Shown here in pieces: positions 41,450 through 51,560 of a stretch of 64,000 nt of DNA. The stretch is from the NCBI GenBank assembly GCA_047967505.1, contig CM106538.1, one strand, 5' to 3'. This DNA comes from Dipteris shenzhenensis (lineage: Eukaryota). The position numbers and the translations under genes were made by a program. Position 1 is the stretch's first letter; each line of letters opens with the position of its first letter. Under the pieces are notes generated by a model. That model ran no database searches, was not told where the DNA came from, and worked only from the letters and a program-made list of their open reading frames with translations.

Positions 41450-41670
41450 GTTGGGACATATCATGACTCGGTCACTCTGGGTGACTGGACACAATATGAC
41501 ATAGTCACCCAACCAACTTGGGACGTATGACATGTCATGTCACTCTGGGTGACACAGGACACAACATGATGCAGTCACTCGACCAACTTGGGATATATGA
41601 CATATCATGACTCAGTCACTCTGGTGAAACAGGACAGGGCATGACACATTAGACATCTCATGACTCAAGG
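41450..41670. repeat. Degenerate ~70-bp tandem repeat (about 3 copies) in LTR-like sequence; (CT)n run follows at 41889-41916
   Basis: GTCACTCTGGGTGA and CCAACTTGGGA blocks recur. Confidence 0.65.
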
Positions 41671-41885
41671 TGGTTTCGTACCCATGTTGCAAGAAGGAGT
41701 GTGTCAATATCTCTATAGGCACCTTTGCACCAACTCTTCTGTCTATGGATGTCCACTCTCTCTTTGACCTCACTCTCTCTCTAAATACACACTCTCTCTA
41801 GAAAACTTTCTATAGACTCTCGCTAAATGCACTCTCTCCAAAAAACTTTCCTCACTTTCTCTCTAAATGCACTCTCTCACTAGAC

Positions 41886-41919
<34 letters not shown>

Positions 41920-43027
41920 GCACGCACGAAATCCCTTCCCTCAATCTGTCTAGTTATACTCTCTCTCTAAACGTAATCTCTTTCTAGGTGTCTCTCTCGC
42001 CCTGGTGACAAGCTTCCTTCTCCCTTCTCTCACCTCGGGTGCCTTTCCTTCTCTCTCCCCCAAGCAACAACTGATAAGTCTCCACCGGTTTAAAATCCCT
42101 TCTCTCTGCACCGCTGCAAACTCCCTTCTCTCTCCTCGGTGACATTTGCCTTGTCTCTCTGTAGGGTGTAAACTCCTGTCTCTCTCCTCCGTTCCATTTG
42201 CCTTCTCTCTCCATGGGTTTGCCCTCTCCTCAGTGACAATTGGCTCCTCTCTCAAATAGGCACAAGGGGTGCTTGGTCACCTTCATGCCGGGAGGAGAGA
42301 GTGTCACATGTCATGTTGGCTTGGCGTTTCTCTGGGTGAACATGGAGGTTTGGTGTCCTGTAGCTTTGGTGGCATGAACAAGGAGGTTCGGTCTCCTCTA
42401 GCTTTGGTGAAGTGAACAAGGAGGTTCGATGTCCTCTAGCTTTGGTGGCATGAACAAGGAGGCTCAATACCCTAAAAGGACCAAGGCTTCGTCTTCTCCA
42501 TTCGGGTCCATCTGTTGCTACACATGATCCATTTGCTACACCGGGCCTAGTATAACTATGATTTCGGATGAGGACAAGGATCATCATGCAGGGGCTTTTC
42601 ACAGCGCATCTAGCAACTTCAATTCTGATCATGGAGTGTCAGACTATTCACTCTCTCCTGCTATACAGCAAGCGGCATCTCGGGAGGCATCCAATGGTCG
42701 TAGCAGCGATAAGCGTGCCTTGGATCATCCCTCCAAGCTTCGGGTGGTCTTCAAGACACTTCTCGATCCATCTCTCCATCTTTCATCCGTGCTATCTATA
42801 GGGAAGATTGAGGCGCTATCCCTCATGGAGTTTGACACCATTGATTTTCCTCCAGTGGTGGATGCTCTGTTATGCACAACATTCTTCCGTAGCTATTGTT
42901 GGAATATGAAGCCAAAGTGAGTCTAAAATGAGTGTTCTAGATGGTCTAGGTGTGGTTTTATAGTCTAGTGAGTCCTAGTCATGCCACGTGTCATATTGGG
43001 AGATATCACATAGACATTGACTTTCTA

Positions 43028-43490
43028 TGTTACGCTCTAGTCGAGGTAGCATGACCTCGGAAGAATCAGTCGACATTTCCCTTTAAAGGATCTATCTCTG
43101 TAATATATGTGTATGCGCTTTATGTAAATGATCGGGAGGGATTTAATGTCAAGGTCCTAGGTGAGGGCTGATAGCACCAGACTAGGTAGATCTAAGGCCA
43201 AGGGCCTAGTGCAATGATTGTGCCTAGGGGCAAAGGAATTAATGCATCCCAAGAGAGGGGTGGAATGTTACATTAGTAAGGCCCTATATGGATGACATGT
43301 GGCATCTAGATCTATCTAGGGAATTGGGGCTTGTTGAGGCTAGAGAGAGAAGAGAAGAAAATGATTCACGTTGAATTTGTAACGTAGATCTCTGTCTGCT
43401 TGTCAGCCTCAGCGAGATATGGCTGGGTGGAGATTCGTGGTGCTGCTCCCGTGATCTGCAGTAGAATCTAGAAGAGGAAGTTGTTTGACA
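43028..43490 (+). repeat. Left LTR (463 bp, normal orientation)
   Basis: TGTTACGCTC...GTTTGACA, followed by AT and the PBS. Confidence 0.95.
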
Positions 43491-43492
43491 AT

Positions 43493-43504
43493 TGGTATCA
43501 GAGC
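43493..43504 (+). promoter_or_regulatory. Primer-binding site (initiator Met tRNA)
   Basis: TGGTATCAGAGC two bases after the LTR-terminal CA. Confidence 0.92.
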
Positions 43505-44706
43505 CTTGTGGAGAGAACAAGGGACAAGTGACGAAGGAAGGTTCGGAGCACAAAGGTGACGTTATCACCTGTTCGTGACGTGCGAGGGACGTGTGGATCG
43601 TTGGCGGTGACGAAGGCTGTACGTGACGGGACCAGGTGGACGGGCATCTTCGGTTGATGTTCTGCTGCGACGACTGGCGTAGGCGACGCACTGATCGCAA
43701 CGAGGCTCCGCAACGAAGTGTTGACGCAATCCGTGTTGGATGGCGCTCCCGTAAGGTGGTTCGACGAATAGGGTGGCTGATGAAGGTTTCTGGAGCTTGG
43801 TCTGGAGCTTCTGAATTGTGGCGGACAGCGGGTCTGGAGCCTGGATCGAACGGCTGGTAATCAGCGATGTCCACGAATTAGGGAACGAAGGACTGGTGGC
43901 GATCCTACAGCGACAACGAAATTAGTAGAGAAATTGTTTGACAATGGGGGTCCCGTAAGGCAGCGACGACAGCGGGGAAATCAACCTTACGTGACGGGCA
44001 GACTGCAACGATGCAGCAGACGGTAGCGTGGAGCGCATGATAGGCAAGGAACGACGATTGGTCCTTCGTGTGATCGACGATAGGCCTAGAGCGGTGCTGG
44101 AACGGATAGCAGTAATTTGGGAGCAAGGAGATCATTTGGCACGTAAGATGTGACTTGGAACACAGGGGTGGCGCAGAGCAGGCTGGCTAACCTGTGGTTT
44201 GCTGATTTGGCACACATGTGCTCTGAGGTCTCCAGCTCCGAGCATCCTGCTAGTAACCAGTGACTGAGGCTACGATCCAGTGACGGGCGCAGAGGCGCAG
44301 GACTTGACCAGGGAGCTTTCTTTGATCTCCCTTAGCTTTGTGTTGTTTTTTTTCTTTTTGATTTAGTTGGGTGATGCGCTACTTCCATAGATAGGATAGC
44401 GTGAATGAGCAGCATGCATGAGGTTTCAATGTGGTAGCAGGGACAGATTATGCCTGTGTGTTTCAGTCGGAGTCAGATTGCAGGAATTTCCCTAGTATAG
44501 GGAAAAGCGCCATCTGTGATATATACCTGTATTAAATGCTTGATCAGTGTGAATGTGGGATTGCAGGGATTCCCTAGTATAGGGAATTGTGTCAGATTGT
44601 TAGTACACCGAACTGTGTCAGCTTGTAATACATTTTTCCAGTGGTGTTAAAAAAAAACAAAAAACAAAAAAACAAAAAAACAGAATAAAACAAAACAAAA
44701 CACCCA

Positions 44707-47700
44707 TTGAACGGAATGGAAGCAGAAGAAGGGGCTTCCAGGAGGGACCCTGGTGAATCAGGAGTCCGGCTGACCCAGCAGGGATCGCGCCCAGTAGCTC
44801 ATACTTTAGCTGGCAGGATTGCATTGCTCGAAGATGCCTTGCAACAGTTGTTAGCGCAGCAATTACAGGCCAATGCAGGGCAGTTCGAGCTTAGGAGAGC
44901 GATACATAGTATGTCTGTCAGACCTTCTCGAGAGGAGAAGGGAAAGGCTCCAATGGAACTGGAGTCTAGTGTCCATATGGTCGAGCCTAGGAAGGCTAAA
45001 GTGCCAAATATTGCCAATTACAGACTGGAAAAATATTCTGGTCGGATGAACGACCGTAGCTCCGATGTCATTGAGACCTGGTTACACAAATGGGACGAGG
45101 CGTTTGCCATTTGTGAAATCAGAAATGACATCAAGAAGATCCGCGAGGCCACCCACATGTTTAGTGAGGCAGCGGATCGGTGGTGGATTAAACAACAAAA
45201 AGATGGAATAGCATCCACTACCTGGGAGGGGTTTAAAAGAGAGTTCAGGAAACACTTCTTACCTCTTGACGAAGCATCCCGAGCTTGGGATCAATATAGG
45301 AACCTTCGTCAGAGAAATTTATCAGTGGCAGAATACACTGATAAGTTTCGAGAGAGTGTAATGAAGGTTGACGAACCCCTGCCTCAATCAATCCAAGTGA
45401 AAGATTTCATATTTGGATTGAATGATCGAATAAAAATGGAAGTTCGGGCTAAGTACGCGAACACGTTAGATGATGCAATAGCTATAGCCCTGAACTATGA
45501 GGATGCCAAGGGCAGCAAGCCAAGTGGGTTTGCACAGGTCGGAACCCAGTATGGGTATCCGAAGAAATCTGGGTTTAAGAAGAAGTGGACTAGTAGAGGA
45601 AGTGGTTCGCAGCCGAGTGGTCAAGCCAAGCAAGCGAGACTGGCTGAAACTCCTAAACCAAGTACCACCATTGGAGTGAAGACATTGGAGTGAAGAGGAA
45701 AGTAACCCCAATGGCAGCCCGGGCTTGGTCTAAGTCTCCCTTGAACCCAGAACAAAGGGAAAAAGCGAGGAGAGAAGGCTTATGTTTTGGTTGCCTTCAA
45801 CCTCATCAGTGGAAGGAATGTCCACGTAACAAAGATTGTCGGAGGGCTGAGATGGTGATCTCAGAGTGCGACGTGGAGATGCAGGGAAGTCCCAGAGCGG
45901 AAGAGATGCAGATTCAGCTAGCGGGATCTTCTCAGAGGTTAGTACCCTGTTTGTTATGTGTGTCTGTTGCTAAGTTAGTGACGAGTGCACCTGATAACAT
46001 CCTATCTAAGCCCGTAGCAACGGGGTATATGGCCTTTAATGATACGGAGTTAATTAAAATGAAAGGGCAAGTGGCCAATCATGATGTCATTGTGTTGTTT
46101 GACTCGGCGTCAACTCACAATGTGATTAACTCCAAGCTCGTGAAGAGGCTGAAACTAAAAACAAGTCCATCTAACTATGCGTATACAGTCAGGATGGCAG
46201 ATGGAAGTTCAACTGAAGTATGGGACCAAAGGGTTACCCATTTGGAGCTTCAGATTCAGGACTATGCTGAGAAGCTTGATTTTGAAATGACCAAGCTTGC
46301 TCATGCAGATATAGCCCTGGGTATGGCGTGGCATTCTAGAAAGAATCCAGCCATTGATTGGAAAAAACACGTATATCAATTCAAGATGAATGATGTGCTT
46401 TATGTCTTGAAAGGTGAAAAAGATATACCTCAAGGACCGTTGGTTTCCGTGATGGAAATCCGAAAAGCTCAAGTGGAGTTTTTATTCCTTTGCACCGCAT
46501 CGGTAGAGCCGGTTGATGATCCTTCGGCTAGCACTGATGTTACGCAAAGTGGTGAGATGGCCAAGCTGGCTAATCTTATAACAGAGGAGTTCTCTGAATG
46601 TTTTAGGGATGAACTACCTTATGGGTTACCTCCAGAGCGGAAAGTTCAACATAAGATTGAACTGATCCCGGGGGCAGAGCCTGTAAATAGACCTCCCTAT
46701 AGAATGAGTTTTACTGAAGAGGCGGAGGTGCATAGACAACTGGAAGAATACCTCAAGTTGGGGCAGATTCAACCAAGTTTTTCGCCTTTTGCTTCGCCAG
46801 TGATATTAAAGAAGAAAAAGGATGATACGTTTCGCCTATGTATAGATTACAGAGCATTGAATAATATCACTGTTAAGCACAGGTATCCGATGGCTCGGAT
46901 TGATGATTTGCTAGATGCATTACATGGAGCCGTGATTTTCAGTAAGATAGATCTTAAGTGTGGCTACCATCAGATCCGGATTAGAGCCGAGGATGTGCAT
47001 AAAACCGCTTTCAGAAGCAGGTTTGGTCATTATGAGTTTTTGGTAATGCCCTTCGGACTTACCTCCAGCAACATTCGTCATGCTTATGAACGATTTACTA
47101 CGTCCGTATATCGGAAAGTTCGTAGTATATTTTATTGACGATATCCTGATATTCAGTGAAAGTATTACTGAGCATCGTGAACACTTAAGAGTAGTGTTCA
47201 GTACTTTGAGAAAAGCCAGTCTTTATGTAAATAAAAAGAAAACTATACTGTGTATGGTTAGGCTTGAATATTTAGGATTCATAATTACTCCACAGGGGGT
47301 AGAAATGGATCCGAAGAAAGTGGCTGCGATACTAACTTGGCCAATCCCTCAGAGTCTGACCGCGTGTTGCAATCATTCTTGGGATTTGTCTAGTTTTATA
47401 GAAGGCATATCAAAGGATATTCCGGAATAGTATCGCCATTGACTGATCTGACCTCAGATAAAGTACCTTTTATATGGGGACAGAATCAACAAGAAAGTTT
47501 TAACACCATAAAACAAGCTGTGGTCACAGGACTGGTGTTAAAAATAGTTGATCCCCAGAAACCGTTGTTCCTAGAAACCGATGCAAGTGGCATTGCAGTA
47601 GGAGCAGTTCTCCTTCAAGAGGGAAGGCCAGTAGCCTTTGAAAGCAAGAAGCTTTCTCCCTCTCAAAGGAATTGGCCAACTCATGAATTAGAGTTGTATG

Positions 47701-49440
47701 CTGTTATCCATGCTTTGAAAACATGGAGGCATTACTTGTATGGTTCAGAGTTTTATGTGGATGTGGATCATGATACTTTGAAACATTTTTGTAAACAGCC
47801 TGACTTGAGGGGCCGCCAAGCTAGGTGGGCAGAGCTCATGCAGGAGTTTAATTTAACGATTCGGCACCGAAGAGGAAAAGACAATAAGGTTGCTGATGCG
47901 TTGTCTCGCATTATGCACGACCTGAGTTTCACGGTATTAGAGAGTGCTCTAATGACCGAGATAAGAGAAACTCAAAAAGTGGACGAGTTTGTCCAGAGCT
48001 TATGGCCTAAAGCTCATGTTTTAAAACCCGGGGAAAATGAAAAGGATGACCTGGCATCCAGAAAAGGCCAAACTTATGCAAGATATACCATAAGGGATGG
48101 TATGCTAGTTAGAAATGGCAAGGTTGTAGTACCTAGTCAGAATGATCTCAGGCAGAGAGTCATTCGACAATGCCATGATAGCCCGTGTGCGGGACATCCA
48201 GGAGTCGAGAAGACATATGATCTCGTGAAGCGAGATTTCTTTTGGCCAAAGATGAAAAAGCATATTCATGAATATGTGACACGGTGTTTCTCGTGTCAGG
48301 TAAGCAAGGCCGAGTGGGTGAAGCCACCCGGACTTTTACAACCCTTGGAAATACCACTAAGTAAGTGGGAGAGCATTTCCATGGACTTTATAGTAGGGCT
48401 GCCTACGACGCAAGGAGGGTATGATTCTATCCTTGTGGTGGTTGATCGTCTAACCAAGATGGCTCACTTCATTCCGACTAGAGAGTCTGTTAGTGCCCCG
48501 CAAGTGGCGGATTTGTTTATTAGACATATATTTCGCCTGCATGGATTGCCTAGATCCATAGTGTCAGACCGAGACGTCAGGTTTACCGGTCATTTTTGAA
48601 CGGCGGTATTTAAGACACTGAGGACTGAGTTGGGAACGAGTAGTGGGGATCATCCTGAGACGGATGGTCAGACGGAGAGAGTCAACCAGACTTTAGAGGA
48701 TATGTTGAGGGCATATGTGTCATTGAGGCAACATACGTGGGACAAGTGGTTGCCATTGCTGGAGTTTGCCTACAATGATAGAAAACATTCATCTACTGGG
48801 TTCAGTCTGTTTGAGCTGAACTATGGTTATAGACCAGCCAATCCAACTATAGTTGGAGTACCTCAGAAAGTGCCTAGTGCCGCGAACTTTGTAGTTCAGA
48901 AGCGGGAGATGCTAGCACTTGCGAGAGCTAATATCCGCCAGGCTATGGATAGAGCCAAGGTGTATGCGGATGAAAACCGGTCTATAAGAGTATTTAAGGA
49001 AGGAGAAAAAGTTTTTCTCAGAGTTCCTTCGCACTCGAAGTCGCTGACTTCAGGAGAGTGTGCTAAGTTATCACCTCGATACTGTGGGCCGTGGTTAATT
49101 CTAAAGAGAATAGGAAGTGTACCCTATAAATTAGAATTGCCACAGGGGTGTAAGGTGCACCCGGTTTTTCATGTTTCGCGCTTAAAGAAATTTTTACATA
49201 CTGGTGACTCACTAATCGAAGGTGTGGTTTTGTTTCAGGAGATAGAGGATATTGCAAGGCGCAAACCAACGGCGCAAACCAACAAGAATCCTGGACCGAG
49301 GAACAATGCAAATACGAAATCGGAAGATACCACGGTGTTGGTTGCATGGCATGGTCAGCCTCTATCCGAAGCTACCTGGGAATCCGTATATCAGTTGCGG
49401 AGAGTGTTCCCAGATTTTATCATCGAGGACGCTGATGTTA
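44707..49440 (+). pseudogene. gag-pol polyprotein, disrupted by a few frameshifts and stops
   Basis: Gag 44707-45693; protease [21 protein letters not shown] and FIDD; RNase H ETDASG, THELELYA; integrase CHDSPCAGH, SMDFIVGLP, VSDRD, GQTERVN; chromodomain VLVAWHG...EATWE. Confidence 0.93.
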
Positions 49441-49442
49441 AT

Positions 49443-49905
49443 TGTCAAACAACTTCCTCTTCTAGATTCTAATGCAGATCACGGGAGCAGCACCACGAAT
49501 CTCCACCCAGCCATATCTCGCTGAGGCTGACAAGCAGACAGAGATCTACGTTACAAATTCAACGTGAATCATTTTCTTCTCTTCTCTCTCTAGCCTCAAC
49601 AAGCCCCAATTTCCTAGATAGATCTAGATGCCACATGTCATCCATATAGGGCCTTACTAATGTAACATTCCACCCCTCTCTTGGGATGCATTAATTCCTT
49701 TGCCCCTAGGCACAATCATTGCACTAGGCCCTTGGCCTTAGATCTACCTAGTCTGGTGCTATCAGCCCTCACCTAGGACCTTGACATTAAATCCCTCCCG
49801 ATCATTTACATAAAGCGCATACACATATATTACAGAGATAGATCCTTTAAAGGGAAATGTCGACTGATTCTTCCGAGGTCATGCTACCTCGACTAGAGCG
49901 TAACA
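49443..49905 (-). repeat. Right LTR (463 bp, inverted orientation)
   Basis: TGTCAAAC...GAGCGTAACA; about 2 mismatches by eye versus the reverse complement of the left LTR. Confidence 0.95.
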
Positions 49906-50772
49906 TTTTAGAGTCTAGTGGCGCACACTATAGTGTTGTACTCGTCTATTGTCTATCACATCAGTCAACATCAAGCTCTTTGGTATCATGTGAGTACTTG
50001 TCCATTGCTTTCATTTTCTTTCCATTTCATTTCCATTATGCTTGTTATCTTTCCTTTCCATTCCTAGTGTTAGCTTGCTTCTCTCCCTACCACTATGATC
50101 CTTCATGTGGTATCAGAGTCATGTTCCTGTCTTTCCCTTTCCTTCCAAGAGGTTGAGGTAAGGGAGGCCAATGAAGCTACTCTACCTCCTCCTCCTTGGA
50201 AGGCTGCCCTCTTCTCTCCTTTCTTGAGCTCTCTTCTCCATGCCATGATCTGCCACCTCTCTTGTCCTTCCTTCAGCTACATCTTTCTGTGACCAGTCGA
50301 CGATGTGATGCTTCTATTTGGATCTAGAAGTAGAATCACAGCTTTGTGTCTTCAGCAAAGTTGTAGAGAACCTTGAGTACTACAAATTTCGTTTTTACAT
50401 CATTGCAATCCAAGTTTTCTGTGAAAAGTTATAGTCCTTGGAAGAAGTGATGAAATTAGTTTTTGCGCGCGGATTTTGTTCTGGTGCTCAATGATTTGAC
50501 AGCCCAAGCATGATGCAGTCAGCTCAACGTGGAGCTTTTCATCCTCTTCATCGTTGATCTCTCCTCCAGCCCACCATTTGCTCCTTCTGCCCGACATTCT
50601 CTTGGAGCTGCTACCTGCAAGTTGGTGCCCGTATTCTGGCCGTCATTCTCTTGGAGCTGCTGTCCTTCTACTTCTGTCTACCATGAAGAAGTTCTAGACT
50701 TTTTCCAGCTCATGAAGAACTTATTAAGATGATCTTTCCATAGTTACACTTGCATTTCTACTCTTTTTCAGC

Positions 50773-51560
50773 CATGGAGTCTTCCAAATCAACTACCATT
50801 TTGTTCGAGAAGTTTAATGGTAAGAATTTCCCTACATGGCAAACAAAGATGCGTCTTGTACTTATGAAAGATGGAGTGTGGAATGTGGTGCATGGCAAGG
50901 AGAAAAAGCCACAATCAGATGAAAAGAAAATTGCACACTAGGAGAATCTGAATGACAAAGCTCTTTCTCTCATTGGTTTGGGGTTGGGTGATGACGTTAT
51001 TCATCATTTTGATTTTGACTCCACTGCTCACGACTTCTTGGCTAAGTTTGAAGAATTGTTCGGCAACAAAATCATCAATTCAAAGGTATTCCTCAGACAG
51101 GAATTCTTCAAGCTGCAAATGAAGCATGAAGACTCTCTTCTTGCTCACTTGAATCATATGGAATCCTTTGTCGCTCAGCTTGCTAGTCTGAAGGCCCCTG
51201 TAGGGGAAGATGATCAAGTTGATGTGCTCCTCTCAAGCATTGAGAAAAATTCTAAGTAGTGGGAGATCATATCAGCATTGCGTGTGACACAAATGGGTTA
51301 TCATGATATGGTGGCTATGCTCATTGATCATGAAAGATGGTATGCAAACACTGTACTGTACTGCAAGGACTAAGGCAAAGGCAAATTCAAGCCTTTCAAA
51401 TGCAATCAGTGTGGGAAGCTTGGTCACACCAAGGATTGCTGCTTCCAGAAGCTTGCCAAGCAACAACACAAGGATCATGTCAACTTGGTTAGGGCTGCAA
51501 CAAGTGAAGACGAAGAAGAAGATGATGCTTCGACACCGACTCATGCTCTTACTGCGGACA
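50773..51560 (+). pseudogene. Copia-type gag of the TR-GAG-like element
   Basis: EKFNGKNFPTWQTKMRLVLMKDGVW; FFKLQMKHEDSLLAHL; zinc knuckle CNQCGKLGHTKDCC at ~51401; in-frame stops. Confidence 0.85.

Larger units (their letters stand above)
43028..49905 (+). mobile_element. Chromovirus-type Ty3/gypsy retrotransposon with inverted terminal LTRs
   Basis: 43028-43490 is the reverse complement of 49443-49905; PBS 43493-43504; gag-PR-RT-RH-INT-chromodomain between; TSD TTCTA/TTTTA; host LTR continues across the site. Confidence 0.95.

Noticed and set aside
43284-43874. 196-aa antisense ORF and similar ORFs at 54825-55244 and 60400-61400
   Set aside because: They overlap LTR/leader or low-complexity sequence, show no domain motifs and are probably chance frames.
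45669-45696. Programmed gag/pol frameshift
   Set aside because: Explained by a 14-bp tandem duplication; no slippery heptamer, and the zinc knuckle falls in the second frame.
43028-49905. DIRS-type retroelement or DNA transposon with long TIRs
   Set aside because: It encodes protease and a DDE integrase with chromodomain, has a tRNA PBS, TG...CA ends on each arm and a 5-bp TSD; no tyrosine recombinase or transposase is seen.
49443-49905. Independent solo LTR inserted in reverse
   Set aside because: It has no TSD of its own (left flank TTAAT, right flank TTTTA); the right flank instead pairs with the flank of the left LTR.
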